Source: a virus (Duplodnaviria; Caudoviricetes). Taken from it: a DNA stretch of 64,000 nt. How positions within the stretch are numbered: the first letter of the stretch is position 1; every line of letters begins with the position of its first letter. Below, in pieces: positions 26,956 through 37,795 of this stretch. The position numbers and the translations under genes were made by a program. A model generated the notes under the pieces. The model searched no databases. It had not been told where the DNA came from and saw only the letters and a program-made list of their open reading frames with translations. The stretch covers positions 1-64,000 of IMG/VR virus record IMGVR_UViG_3300049988_000124. The stretch is one strand, 5' to 3'.

Positions 26956-28422
26956 ATGGCTGACAATCCTCTTACCAATTACTACCAGCCTGCCCAGGGT
27001 AGCTTGGTAGGCTTCGATGGTGGTGTACTCGATAACGTTGACCCGACCCTTGCCAAGAGTGGTTGGTCCATCGAGCAGATCCGCCGCTTTCTTCTGAACG
27101 AGTCGGGAAGTAACTTCCCAACGATCGAGCGGGTCGATGAGATCGAGGAGTTAATCCTTCGTCACATCAACGACACCAACAATCCGCACAACGTCTCCAC
27201 CACTGCGATCACGCAAGACGTCACCAACAACATCTTGTCCGGATTCGTGCCCGGCACTCCGCCCGCCTCCACGCCGTTCTTCGCGTATGATGCAGCTTGT
27301 CCGATCCCGATGGACTCTGTCTATCCGGCTACGTACTCGAGCACTAACTTCTACCGTACTGTGGAGGGTGGTCGCTTGGTTAATCCGGCAACAGAGGTTG
27401 ACAAGCTTCACATCGATGCCACCAACGGGGTGGCGGGTCTGCCTCTCTACTCTGGCCTCAGTAACATCGTTCCCAGTAACTGGCCAACGAGTGCTGGCTT
27501 GATGGTGAACACGCGCGTTACCAAGGTCACGAACGACACGATTGATTATCCCTTCGACTTCTACCGAGTCGATGAGACCAACGCCACCGGCGACTTCGGC
27601 GTGAGCATTCCTGCCTCCATGATGGCATCGAATGTTTACACCTTCACGATCTTCCTCCAGCCGCTCTACGCTGGTGGGTATTTCGCGATCAAGCAAGTCG
27701 GTAATGATGCAGCAGTGATGCTCATCAACAGTGACACTGGTGACTTTGTTCTGGGCAGTACTTCGGTACAAGGTGACGTCACGGTGTACCCCAGCGGTGT
27801 GATGAAGGTGTCCTACACCTTTGTTGCCTCCACTGGTGGTAGCAACCGCGTTCAGGTTCTTCATCGCCAGACAATGGGGAGTGAGGCTAGTCGTATTGGT
27901 CGCAACGGCCAGATCCTGTTCATGATGGGTCTCCCGCTCGTCTCGACGTCACCCATCGGTACACCGCTGCCGGTTAACACAGCAGCCGCTGCCAGTGCGA
28001 CGGCTCTCACACCCAAGCTCAACACACTGGGTGTACCTGCTACGCTGTCACGCTTCATGGTCTCCATGTCGCTTATCTTCAGAAAGCAGCTGGGTGCTCT
28101 TCCGATTACTGATACCGTGCTCTTCCAGTTCGGTGGTCTGGCACTCACCAGAGACGCCACCAAGGTCTACCTGAAGCTGGACGGGGTGACACTGTTCACC
28201 AGCACGATCACGAACGGTCTGAACGCATTCTCGGTGAGCTACTCGCCAACCGAGATCTTGTTCAAGGACATTGCGGCCAACAAGCAGAAGGTAACTGGTA
28301 GCTACGCTGCACTCAGTACTACCAACGTCAAGGTTGGGCCTTGTGCTGGTCATCTTCGTCAGTTCCTTCTTTACCCCGAGCAGGATTCCTCCAAACACTT
28401 GGAGTTCTTGACTAATGGATAA
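26956..28422 (+). CDS. Virion structural/baseplate-tail protein with lectin-like beta-sandwich domains
   Basis: 488-aa beta-rich ORF; HINDTNNPHNV motif typical of phage tail/baseplate proteins. Confidence 0.55.
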   Translation: MADNPLTNYYQPAQGSLVGFDGGVLDNVDPTLAKSGWSIEQIRRFLLNESGSNFPTIERVDEIEELILRHINDTNNPHNVSTTAITQDVTNNILSGFVPGTPPASTPFFAYDAACPIPMDSVYPATYSSTNFYRTVEGGRLVNPATEVDKLHIDATNGVAGLPLYSGLSNIVPSNWPTSAGLMVNTRVTKVTNDTIDYPFDFYRVDETNATGDFGVSIPASMMASNVYTFTIFLQPLYAGGYFAIKQVGNDAAVMLINSDTGDFVLGSTSVQGDVTVYPSGVMKVSYTFVASTGGSNRVQVLHRQTMGSEASRIGRNGQILFMMGLPLVSTSPIGTPLPVNTAAAASATALTPKLNTLGVPATLSRFMVSMSLIFRKQLGALPITDTVLFQFGGLALTRDATKVYLKLDGVTLFTSTITNGLNAFSVSYSPTEILFKDIAANKQKVTGSYAALSTTNVKVGPCAGHLRQFLLYPEQDSSKHLEFLTNG

Positions 28423-29188
28423 TCTCTTCCGGGACGTGTTCCGGTTGAATCTGATTACCCAGATGCACATCGGACAAGAACGGTTCTCGGTGGCAACGTA
28501 CTTTCAAGATTTCGCTCACTATTACTTCTCCAAGTTCGTAGTGAACATCCGGCATGCCTTCAAGGACTTTGTCGTGTCAGAGATCAAGGATTTCAACGCT
28601 CGTCATCAGAACAAGATCACCAGTCTTGTTAAGTACCCCGCCTTAAAGCTTGACAAGACCATCGTTCCTATCCCCAGGGGCATGATCAACTCCTACAAGT
28701 CCACGCTCACTCAGCTGACGGAGATCTTGGGGGTCGTTCACGCTCCCACCATCCAGCGGGACCTCAATGAGATCCTCACTGCGATGGGTACGGGCAAGCT
28801 CAAGACCTTGCGTATTGATCAGCTCAGTAAAGAGCAGTTCGAAGATGCCAAGGTCGTGATCAGTAAGCTCTTTGGTAAAACAGGCCTGAGTCATTCCACG
28901 GTTAGTCACTCCTTGGTCTCACCAGAAGAGATCGGTCACGTCAACCAGGAACTTCTCCAGTTGACCAGTACCTACTACCCAGCGGCACTCGCTATTGATC
29001 CGCTGTTGAAGAAGATTGAGACTCGTTTTTCACAACTGAAGTTCAATGACACGGACAAGGATGTTCTCTCAGCCTTGCTCATGACCATGGCGTACCGTTT
29101 GTCCTTGATGGCGGTCGTCGTGGAGCACCTACAAGAAATCGAACACGGTTTTATCGGTGGGGCTACCATCATCTTGAAGCAGCTATAA
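28415..29188 (+). CDS. Hypothetical helical protein
   Basis: 257-aa ORF overlapping the previous stop codon. Confidence 0.6.
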   Translation: MDNLFRDVFRLNLITQMHIGQERFSVATYFQDFAHYYFSKFVVNIRHAFKDFVVSEIKDFNARHQNKITSLVKYPALKLDKTIVPIPRGMINSYKSTLTQLTEILGVVHAPTIQRDLNEILTAMGTGKLKTLRIDQLSKEQFEDAKVVISKLFGKTGLSHSTVSHSLVSPEEIGHVNQELLQLTSTYYPAALAIDPLLKKIETRFSQLKFNDTDKDVLSALLMTMAYRLSLMAVVVEHLQEIEHGFIGGATIILKQL

Positions 29189-29197
29189 GACCCATTG

Positions 29198-29227
29198 GTA
29201 AGAGGAGGGCATCTGCCCTCCTCTTAC
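29198..29227. terminator. Conserved hairpin between convergent genes
   Basis: gtaagaggagggc-atct-gccctcctcttac. Confidence 0.7.
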
Positions 29228-29244
29228 TGAGCTATTGCTTGTTA

Positions 29245-30402
29245 TCAGAAGTTCACGCTGAAGTAGCGAAGATACGCATCTTCACCAAAGCTCGGCGAGA
29301 GTACCATGACGAGGCTGTTCTCGGTGATCATCGACTTGTTCAGATCACGATTCGTCAGGTGACGCTCAGCGAGATAGTCGCTACCCATGTCATCCTTCTT
29401 GAAGGAAACCATGCGCTCAACACCCGGAACAATGGCGTAGAAGGTATCTCCGACACTGACCACATCAATGATCGGCAGAACCGGCGGTGGTGTCGGGGCC
29501 TTCTTCTTGCGGGGTCCGGCTGGCTGAGGGGGCTGGGCAGGATGGCGAGGCTGGTTCTTACCCTGCTCCTCGTACGCTGCACGGCACAGATCTTCGAACG
29601 CCGCATAGTTGATCTGCGTGGCATTGGCGATCATGGGAGCAAGCTTTTCCTCAATGACCTTGCGCTTGAAGGAAGCGGGCTGGACAGGAAGGAAGTGCGG
29701 CTTCCAAGCATAAGCGGTGCTCAGGTCCATGACCGACTGCGTCAGTCGTGCAACAAAGCTTCCCGCCATCTCGTGATCGTACTCACGCTCTCCCATGCAG
29801 AGGATATCAGCAGAGCCAGAATCAGCGTGGTCGAGCCGCAAGGCGTAATGCATGGTTGCATTAACCGACGGAACAACGATGGACGACAGTTCACCAGCGC
29901 CTGCGTTCATGCGAATGCGCAAGCTATCTTCCACCTCGTAGAGAAGAACGTAGGTGAAGCCAGCGGTGGTATCACCGATCGCAATGCCGACCCAGTCGCC
30001 CTTGACTAGCTTGTTCAGGTGAGTGCGAATGGAGGAGTGAGTGAAGCGCAGGTACGACGGCCACGACGTCACGCGCTCCCTTGGAACAGGCTCGAAATTG
30101 TGCTGGGCTACCATGATGGTCGCAGTCGAGGAGCGATACTGGCTAGAGTTGAAGAACATGTCCCACAGACCAAAGCCGTCGCGCGCGGGGCGACAAGCTA
30201 GCGTGATCTGGTGAAGTGCTGCCAGATCATCCGACTGTGCGATCTTCTGGATCTTGCTGACGTCGATCGAATAGATGACGCCGTCAGGGTTCGTGTTGGT
30301 AGGATTGGAGACCCGGTTGAACCCCAGGTCAGACTGATAAGCGACGACCGCCTTGGTCTCCTTGGCCAAGGAGATAGACTGAGCGTCTGCGAAACTAGGC
30401 AT
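29245..30402 (-). CDS. Conserved hypothetical protein with Pro/Lys-rich linker
   Basis: 385-aa ORF co-transcribed downstream of the helicase. Confidence 0.6.
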   Translation of the reverse strand: MPSFADAQSISLAKETKAVVAYQSDLGFNRVSNPTNTNPDGVIYSIDVSKIQKIAQSDDLAALHQITLACRPARDGFGLWDMFFNSSQYRSSTATIMVAQHNFEPVPRERVTSWPSYLRFTHSSIRTHLNKLVKGDWVGIAIGDTTAGFTYVLLYEVEDSLRIRMNAGAGELSSIVVPSVNATMHYALRLDHADSGSADILCMGEREYDHEMAGSFVARLTQSVMDLSTAYAWKPHFLPVQPASFKRKVIEEKLAPMIANATQINYAAFEDLCRAAYEEQGKNQPRHPAQPPQPAGPRKKKAPTPPPVLPIIDVVSVGDTFYAIVPGVERMVSFKKDDMGSDYLAERHLTNRDLNKSMITENSLVMVLSPSFGEDAYLRYFSVNF

Positions 30403-30444
30403 GGTGAAAAGACTCCCGGAAGACGAGATAAAAGGATAACAGGA

Positions 30445-32019
30445 TTAGAACAAGGCGTTCTCGACGATTTCCTCGTCGCGCGCATGACCATTCCCATCGT
30501 AGGCATCGACGTCAGTGACGTACCCTGGAGCACCGTAGAGGTCATCCTCGATGCCGAAGGGCGTGAAGGGGTAAGCCCAGAATTTGTGGCTCTCATTGGT
30601 ATCTTGATTGCCACGGTTCTTGCGGTTCACCCCGGTTAGGAATTTGTGACCATCAAAGTTGGTCACGATCAGGAGAAAGAAGAAGATGTCAACGGGACGA
30701 AAGACGTTGGAGGATTCTGCGACCACGGACGGATTGAACTTCTTGACGGCGTAAGAACCGTGCTGGGCTGCAATCTCGTCTGCTTTGCGGTTACACTGGT
30801 GACCCGTGGCAAACGCGTAGCCTTGCTGCTTACCATGGTTGCAGAACTTGATGTAATTTTCAGTAATAAGCTGCTGATGACCAGCGGCCGACATGGTGTC
30901 GCCTGGATCAATACCCTTCGCCTCGGACAGATAGTCCAAGATGAACATGATAAGCTGCTTATCATCGTCCATGAACGCGTTGTAGCGCTTGATGTATTTC
31001 TCATACGAGAAGTCATGTGGGTTATACCGATCAATGATGAGATCGATATCAAACTTACCGAAGTAATCAATCAGCCACTGTTGTGCCCATTCCACCGACA
31101 GGTTGGTGACGTCGATATGCTTCTTCTCAGCGCGGCTGTAGACGGCCTTGAACACGAACATGACGTTCTGGTGGACTTCGTTCTCGAGCGACACGAAGTA
31201 AACAAGACCACGCTTGCCGGGCTTCAAGGTAGCCTTGATGGCTTCCAGGTTATACTCAGTTGCCCAGAGCATCCAGGAGACGAGCATACCGGACTTGTAC
31301 ATGTGCGAGGGAGCGGTGAAAACAATGCTCTCCCCCAAGCCCACACCACCGCGTTCACCCAGTGATCGGTTAAGACCTTGGAGGCCACTCTTCAAAACAC
31401 CGTTGACGCTTCGTTCCATGTACTTGTCGAGCGCACGCTTGATGCTCTCGGGGTCCGACATAGAGACGTAGGTTTCAGAAGCCTTGGTGTTGGAGCTACT
31501 CTCTCTGGTCTCGATTGCTTTCAGGGATCCATCAATCAACTGCTTCAAAGCGGCCATCTCGGCTTCCTGGATCTCGGGATCCTGGATGTCAGCGATACTG
31601 CGGCTCTTGGCAAAGATCTTCCTGGCATGGCTGTCCATCTCAGCGGCGAGGACGGCGTTGCGAATAGACTTCAGGAATTCATCCACCTGTTCCGGCGTAA
31701 TCGGATCAGAGGCGGTCAAGACATCGGTGAGCAGATCCTTTTGCACAGGATGCGCTCTGATGGTCTCGTTGGTGCTGAGCTTCAAGAGAAGCATCTTGGT
31801 GGCACTGGTATTTTCTTGGTTGATGTTCTCGTTGATCACGGAACGAATCAACCCACGGTAGACATCGATCAAGGCATCATCGTCACCGATGATTTCCTTT
31901 CGACCAGCGGTCTTCTCCGCGACGTCCATGAACTCACGGACAAGATCCTTGGTGCGATCACTATTGTCCCCCAGCAGAAGGAACAAGGCATTCAAGTACA
32001 TCGCAGGGGATACGAACAT
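30445..32019 (-). CDS. dnaB: DnaB-like replicative helicase (phiKZ gp118-like)
   Basis: Walker A variant APSHMYKSG, FVSLENE, Walker B ILDYL, TGHQ motif; divergent from the capsid operon. Confidence 0.85.
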   Translation of the reverse strand: MFVSPAMYLNALFLLLGDNSDRTKDLVREFMDVAEKTAGRKEIIGDDDALIDVYRGLIRSVINENINQENTSATKMLLLKLSTNETIRAHPVQKDLLTDVLTASDPITPEQVDEFLKSIRNAVLAAEMDSHARKIFAKSRSIADIQDPEIQEAEMAALKQLIDGSLKAIETRESSSNTKASETYVSMSDPESIKRALDKYMERSVNGVLKSGLQGLNRSLGERGGVGLGESIVFTAPSHMYKSGMLVSWMLWATEYNLEAIKATLKPGKRGLVYFVSLENEVHQNVMFVFKAVYSRAEKKHIDVTNLSVEWAQQWLIDYFGKFDIDLIIDRYNPHDFSYEKYIKRYNAFMDDDKQLIMFILDYLSEAKGIDPGDTMSAAGHQQLITENYIKFCNHGKQQGYAFATGHQCNRKADEIAAQHGSYAVKKFNPSVVAESSNVFRPVDIFFFLLIVTNFDGHKFLTGVNRKNRGNQDTNESHKFWAYPFTPFGIEDDLYGAPGYVTDVDAYDGNGHARDEEIVENALF

Positions 32020-32186
32020 AGTGCATCACCTTAAAGATTGAGGAGTAAAATCGGCATCACTCCTGAGAGATTTGCATCAAATCATGACTGGAGAGAGAGG
32101 AGGAAAAATATCTGACCGATGGGGTGTGACTGGCTCTGGCATCCGATGATATGATTGTACACGTATAGTGCGGGGAATTAGCGCTT

Positions 32187-33611
32187 ATGATTTTTGTCAA
32201 AGAGGAGAGTGTATTCTCCTTGTCACGGGTAACAGCGGGCGCTCTTCCTGGTGACATCACGCTCCTGTTCGAGGAGTTCTACTGTTATTTGCTCCTCGCT
32301 GGTCTTCTGCTAGAAGGTCAGCCAACAGGCGGTGGTTGCTACGCTGGTACTGGTGCGATCAGTAACAAGCACTTCCGCATCGATGGTGGCTGCTACAACA
32401 ACGTCATTGCCGAGCAGATCTCTACAGGGCTCAAGCAGCGCTTCCTTCAGCTGCGCGCGCACCAGAATGTGAACCCGGCCGAGCTGCGCTTGCTCATGCT
32501 CGTTGATCGTCTCTTTGATGACAACAAGGCATGGACCGCTGGTCTTACAGGAATCGATCTCTTCACGGTGTCGGAAGCACGCAACTTCTCGCCCACCATG
32601 AAAACGGTTGCTCGCTACGTCTCGGTGATGTTTGGTCGGACCTCGTATCCAGATCCCGCCTCGGTTCCCAAGCTCTATCTCTCCGCCCTCGGCAACATCC
32701 ATTTGTCGCGCGATGACTCGGTGCTCCTAGGAAATCCCGAACTACCTTATGGATCTCGTCATGACCGCAGCACTGATGTAACGCCTCTGTGGGCTTTGCT
32801 CTCCGCGCAGCTTCAGACGCTGTCTACTGGTTATTGCCCCGGTGAAATCCTGGGTGATATGCTCTCCAAGCTCAAGTTCATGGTGGAGCCGTGTGAGTTT
32901 GGAACAACGATCCCTGTGCCGGTGTACGCCGCTGCTCTTTACATGCAGCGGACCATGGGGATCGATGATTATAATCCTGTAGCGGTATCCGCTTCTTTTT
33001 ATCAGAGCTTCCTCTACGGTAGCAATGAAACAAGAACGGTGTCCAGGGCGGCGTTACTGGGTTATTTGTTAGATCTTATGGTGAAGAAGTCAGGTGATAC
33101 TGATTTTGAACTATTTGCTCCTAACTCTCTTTACTGGAGTTTGCGGTCACGGTCGCAGCTCACAGTGAGAAAGCCCGCCCAACCAGCTCTTCTCAAAATT
33201 GCACTCGAAGCACTTGACGACGCAGTCGAGGCTCCTGATCCTGCTGATGCGAACAGTTCTGATGCACCAACCGCTGATGAACCTGAAACTGATCCGCAGA
33301 CAGATGACGGTGGCTTTGATCCTGCTGCACCTACTCCTACTGCCGAGGAGCAGGTGGTGCCACAGAGTGTGAATATTATAGGCCTAATCTCGTTCGATAA
33401 AACGGGCGAAGGGGTCGATGAAGACTTGTATCGGTCAGCCGTTGTTGCCTTGAACGATAAGCTCAAGGCTGATGACACGCTCCCGGTCTCGGCAGATGTA
33501 AGAGAGGCTCTGGATTATTGGGTAAATGGGTTTCTTTATCGGACTGCCATTTCGTCCACCAAAGATCAAGTAGTTGCACTTAAGCTTCAGAAGTACTTCA
33601 AGAAGTTTTAA
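32187..33611 (+). CDS. Conserved head-region protein upstream of the major capsid gene
   Basis: 474-aa ORF with an acidic disordered linker; same position as phiKZ gp119 (from memory). Confidence 0.55.
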   Translation: MIFVKEESVFSLSRVTAGALPGDITLLFEEFYCYLLLAGLLLEGQPTGGGCYAGTGAISNKHFRIDGGCYNNVIAEQISTGLKQRFLQLRAHQNVNPAELRLLMLVDRLFDDNKAWTAGLTGIDLFTVSEARNFSPTMKTVARYVSVMFGRTSYPDPASVPKLYLSALGNIHLSRDDSVLLGNPELPYGSRHDRSTDVTPLWALLSAQLQTLSTGYCPGEILGDMLSKLKFMVEPCEFGTTIPVPVYAAALYMQRTMGIDDYNPVAVSASFYQSFLYGSNETRTVSRAALLGYLLDLMVKKSGDTDFELFAPNSLYWSLRSRSQLTVRKPAQPALLKIALEALDDAVEAPDPADANSSDAPTADEPETDPQTDDGGFDPAAPTPTAEEQVVPQSVNIIGLISFDKTGEGVDEDLYRSAVVALNDKLKADDTLPVSADVREALDYWVNGFLYRTAISSTKDQVVALKLQKYFKKF

Positions 33612-33631
33612 CACAAAAGGAATGAGGTTCA

Positions 33632-35872
33632 ATGAGTTACGTTGAAACCGCGCTGTCACAGCGCGTTCGTCTGGCTGCGCAGTCGCTCAACGATCAGGGT
33701 ATCCACCAGGGTCTGTCACTGGCGATTCGCGGCGTCACTGCCCGCATCATGCACGGCTGGGGTGCAGCCACCACGCGCAATGGCGACGGTGGTGCTCTGG
33801 GTCTGGAGTCGCTGGGTTCGGTCGAGCCGATCCGCAACACCGAGTTCAACTCGGCTACTGACGGTTCGCCCGAGGAGCTCCTGAGCGAGCTCGACAAGCT
33901 GGGTATGCCCGAGCGTCACCGTAAGCAGGTCACCGAGACCTGCATGCTCGTCCTGGACGGCAGCTACGATGCCTCGAGCATCATGCGTGGCGGTTACGTC
34001 GCGACTGGTCAGCACGTTGCATCGCTCTCGGACGTCGTGGGTCGTACGTCGGCCGCTGGCGTCGGCGCTGCTGAGAACGACATCGGCACCGAGGCGTTCG
34101 GTGAGGACATCAACCGTCTGAACACCGACGACCGTCTCACCATGAGCCTGGCGATCATGCGTCCCTGGGAGAACATCATGGACAAGGCGTTCGCTCGCGT
34201 GAACGACTCGTCGCCGATCGTGACCATCAAGGTCCCCAAGCCCGAGGTCTACGACTGGTCGCTGACCCAGAAGAACGGCTCGACTGCTTGGGAGCGTAGC
34301 AAGAGCACGCCGCTGCGTGATCTGTATCGCAACCCCTCGCGCGTCAACACCGCTGCTAAGCGCATCATCGCGCTGAACGCGAACGACGACAAGCAGGTCC
34401 TGTTTGCTGGCTCCACGGACGCCAACTTCTACAAGACCGGCAAGCAGATCTCGACGATGGATCTGTCGCGTGACACGAACAAGTTCGGCTACCACCAGGT
34501 TGACCGTACCGATCTGGTCGCCGACGGCGCTCTCCTCGACAAGGTCCTCGTCACGATCACCGATCCCTCGGGCAACGGTGGCGCTGGCGTCAAGGAGACC
34601 TTCGTTCTGAACAGCCGCGCGCTCTCGCTCGCTATGTTCGTGACGCAGGCTGCTAACACCACTTCGGGTGACCGCATCGTTAACCTGCCTTGCAACCTGC
34701 CGATCTCGGCGGACACCAAGCAGTACAACGACGCGCCGTCGACGATCGCAGCCAAGCTCACGGACGCTCGCGTCCTGGTTAAGCTGATGGTCAATGCCAA
34801 CCTCAACCTGCAGACCGGCATCGCTCACGCGTCGGGTTCGGCCAACAAGGAGATCCTCCCGATCGCCGGTGGCACGATCTCGAATGCGACGAACACCTAC
34901 TTTGGCCAGCTGCTGGTCGAGTTCTCGGCGTTCTCGATCGAGTCGTACTTCAACGAGGAAAACCAGCGCAAGGCCAACCTGGCGGTTCTCTGCCAGTACC
35001 GCGAGATGCAGTTCGTGGTGCCGCGTTCACGCGTGTACTTCACCGAGTACGCTCTGGCGCAGGACCTTGACGAGAACGCCATCTCGGCTACATCGTCGGT
35101 CATCGCTCTGGGTAACGGCCGTCGTGGTCTGGACACCGTTGTCAACCGTCTGAACGACGTTGCAGCGACGCTGGACTTCATTGCCAAGTATCCTGAGGTC
35201 GCTGAGTTCAACAACGTCGACGAGACGTCGTTCGTTTCTTCGCTCGTCAAGCCCAGCGTCATCACCGCGACGATGGACTTCGGTACCGAAGAGCTGAACG
35301 TGATGAACGAGTCGACTCGTCTGTCGGAGATCCATGGCCGCTTCCGTGCGCGCCTGCTCTCGGTCGTGACGCAGCTGATGGCGAACTCGCTGATGCTGAA
35401 CCAGTACAAGGGCGGTGAGACCCCGGTCTTCAAGCTCTTCGTGCACAGCACGATCGCTGACATCGTCATCGGTATTCTCGACTATCATCCGGACCTGGAT
35501 GACCGTGAGACCGTGGCGACTGGTGCTGACTACTCGATGAAGCTGCCTAACGGCTACCGCATCGACGTCATCAAGTCGAACATGGACTGCCTCAAGCAGC
35601 GCCTGTACGGCGTGCCGGTCATCGAGTCGGACATGTCGAACCTGCTGTCGGCTGCCTCGATCCGCGATTGCGGTACGGTGACGCTGAACTACAGCCCGAC
35701 CAACGCTGGTGCGGTGGTCCGTCGTGTTGCCACGACGACGCGCGAGATCGTCATGATGTCCAACCCGGTTGGTTTCATGTTCGAGATCAAGGGTCTGGCG
35801 ACTCAGCTTGGCGTTGCCAAGTACGAGGCGCTCAAGCTCGGTGCGGACGACAACGACAAGCTCGGCGTCTAA
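33632..35872 (+). CDS. Major capsid protein (phiKZ gp120-like)
   Basis: 746 aa, extreme codon bias, prohead-protease-type sites GLE/S and GTE/AFGE, strong terminator after the stop, adjacent to DnaB. Confidence 0.88.
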   Translation: MSYVETALSQRVRLAAQSLNDQGIHQGLSLAIRGVTARIMHGWGAATTRNGDGGALGLESLGSVEPIRNTEFNSATDGSPEELLSELDKLGMPERHRKQVTETCMLVLDGSYDASSIMRGGYVATGQHVASLSDVVGRTSAAGVGAAENDIGTEAFGEDINRLNTDDRLTMSLAIMRPWENIMDKAFARVNDSSPIVTIKVPKPEVYDWSLTQKNGSTAWERSKSTPLRDLYRNPSRVNTAAKRIIALNANDDKQVLFAGSTDANFYKTGKQISTMDLSRDTNKFGYHQVDRTDLVADGALLDKVLVTITDPSGNGGAGVKETFVLNSRALSLAMFVTQAANTTSGDRIVNLPCNLPISADTKQYNDAPSTIAAKLTDARVLVKLMVNANLNLQTGIAHASGSANKEILPIAGGTISNATNTYFGQLLVEFSAFSIESYFNEENQRKANLAVLCQYREMQFVVPRSRVYFTEYALAQDLDENAISATSSVIALGNGRRGLDTVVNRLNDVAATLDFIAKYPEVAEFNNVDETSFVSSLVKPSVITATMDFGTEELNVMNESTRLSEIHGRFRARLLSVVTQLMANSLMLNQYKGGETPVFKLFVHSTIADIVIGILDYHPDLDDRETVATGADYSMKLPNGYRIDVIKSNMDCLKQRLYGVPVIESDMSNLLSAASIRDCGTVTLNYSPTNAGAVVRRVATTTREIVMMSNPVGFMFEIKGLATQLGVAKYEALKLGADDNDKLGV

Positions 35873-35900
35873 TCGTACACTGCGTACATCTAAGAGGAGA

Positions 35901-35934
35901 GAGGAGGGGGCTTCGGCCTCCTCCTCTTTCTTTT
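35901..35934 (+). terminator. Intrinsic terminator with UUCG loop after the capsid gene
   Basis: gaggagggggc-ttcg-gcctcctcctc followed by tttctttt. Confidence 0.85.
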
Positions 35935-36022
35935 ATGCCGCTATATTTCAATTGGCTTATCTTTATTATCGCTCACCAAACCGTCATCTCATGTATAGAA
36001 GACACCTAAGGTATTTAACACA

Positions 36023-37777
36023 ATGAGTGATGACAAGATCGTCGCTAGAACACTGCTTCATGCTTGCCACGTGCCCAACACCGGACACGGCAAGGATGCC
36101 GTGGTGATCTCTGAGATCATCGAGAATGACAAAGGAGAAGTACGCCCTAACTTAAGGATCTTTCGCTCCCCTAATGTTTCCTTCTGGGTAACTCAGGAGC
36201 CTTACCGAATCCACAATGACAAGAAAGAGTTCGAGGACAAGAAGCGCCTGGATGAGTTCAGTGTTCCCCACGCCACCAAGGACGAGGAGATTCACTTTGC
36301 GCTCTATGGCCGCTATCCTCGCTTCCTAGACCCTAAGCGTCGCCGCGAGATGTACAAGAGCCCTTATTTGTACGGGGGCAACATCATGATCGAAGCGCGG
36401 GTCGCGATGAAGTATAAGAAGGATCTCATTGCCGCTGGTAGAACGCCTCACGCGCCCACTACAGGCTTCTTTGATATCGAGATGTCCCTTCTTAAGTCCT
36501 CGTATGGAAAACTGCCCCTGATGGTCTTTACGTCAGAGAATCAGGTGTTCCTCACGATGAAGCAATCGTTCATGAACGAGATCAGAAATGGTCGCCGGGT
36601 GGACGTGACCGTCGATGACATCACCAAGGCAGCCCACGAACACCTTGATCCCTTGATCGACTCGATCTTTGCTGAGAACAAGGATCTGTCCGACTATAAG
36701 GGGAAGCTCCCTTTCCAATACCACTTCCACGTCGGGGAAACCGAGGTGGAGATGATCAAGTGGATCTTTGGTAAGATGCACGAGACCAAGACATCGTTCA
36801 TCGGTGTCTGGAACCTGGGCTTCGATATCCCTGAGATCATCCGAGTGCTAGAGGAATCTGGTATTCCCCTGGAGGACGTCTTTGCTGACCCATCACTGCG
36901 TCAGTCAGGCTTTGCTCTATCCAGTTACCGGGAAGACCAACGACAGGTCCAGCACTTTACGCAGAAGTGGCACTGGCTCTCTGCTACGGCTCACTTCCAG
37001 TTCGTTGACTCGATGGCGCTCTACAGCTACATCCGCGTCGTTGACGGCAAGGAAGCATCCTACGCGCTCGATGACATCTTGAAGAAGTTTAACCTAGGCG
37101 GTAAGCTCAAGGTCGGGCAGACTGAGGAGCTAGAGGGCCTACAGACGGAGGACTGGCACCGAGAGATGCTGTCTAAGCATTTCTTGAACTACGCGCTCTA
37201 CGCCATGTGGGACGGCATTGGTCTCCAGCTCCTCGAGTGGAACAACAACGATCTGACGGCCATGATGCTCCTGGGTGGCACAACACCGCCTAAGTATTTC
37301 GTGAACCAGACGATCCGAGTGACCAACACGCTCTTTGAGGAATGGCTCGCTAAGGGTCAGGTGCTGGGTACCGGCGTTGATGTGGAAGGTATGCGCGATG
37401 TTGACCTTCTAAACTTCGGTGGGGCCGTCTTGCAGCCGCAGGATCTAACCGGTCGGGGTATGAAGCTCTTCGTTGAATGGCCCAACCACCGGACCAACTG
37501 CTACGCGTGGTTGAACGACGTGGACTTCTCCGCGCAGTACCCAACTAACACCATGTGCTTGAACATCTCCAAGCAAACCAAGATTGCCACCATGGTCGCG
37601 ATCAAGGCAACGCACGTGAACGTTAAGTTCAACGAGAAGGAAGCGATCGAAGTCTTCTGCAGTTATCTCATCACCCCGAACTCCAACGGGGTTGAGATGG
37701 GCGTTGATTTCTTCAACCTTCCAGATTACGCAGAGATGGACACCCAGTTCCAACAGCGCTTGGAGCTCATGCACTAG
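36023..37777 (+). CDS. Split family-B DNA polymerase, N-terminal part (3'-5' exonuclease plus motif A)
   Basis: ExoI FFDIE, ExoII WNLGFD, ExoIII YAMWD, PolB motif A DVDFSAQYP; motifs B and C absent. Confidence 0.82.
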   Translation: MSDDKIVARTLLHACHVPNTGHGKDAVVISEIIENDKGEVRPNLRIFRSPNVSFWVTQEPYRIHNDKKEFEDKKRLDEFSVPHATKDEEIHFALYGRYPRFLDPKRRREMYKSPYLYGGNIMIEARVAMKYKKDLIAAGRTPHAPTTGFFDIEMSLLKSSYGKLPLMVFTSENQVFLTMKQSFMNEIRNGRRVDVTVDDITKAAHEHLDPLIDSIFAENKDLSDYKGKLPFQYHFHVGETEVEMIKWIFGKMHETKTSFIGVWNLGFDIPEIIRVLEESGIPLEDVFADPSLRQSGFALSSYREDQRQVQHFTQKWHWLSATAHFQFVDSMALYSYIRVVDGKEASYALDDILKKFNLGGKLKVGQTEELEGLQTEDWHREMLSKHFLNYALYAMWDGIGLQLLEWNNNDLTAMMLLGGTTPPKYFVNQTIRVTNTLFEEWLAKGQVLGTGVDVEGMRDVDLLNFGGAVLQPQDLTGRGMKLFVEWPNHRTNCYAWLNDVDFSAQYPTNTMCLNISKQTKIATMVAIKATHVNVKFNEKEAIEVFCSYLITPNSNGVEMGVDFFNLPDYAEMDTQFQQRLELMH

Positions 37778-37795
37778 ATAAAGGACAATCGGTCA

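Noticed and set aside
33716-35488. Long minus-strand ORFs inside the capsid gene
   Set aside because: Antisense shadows caused by codon bias.
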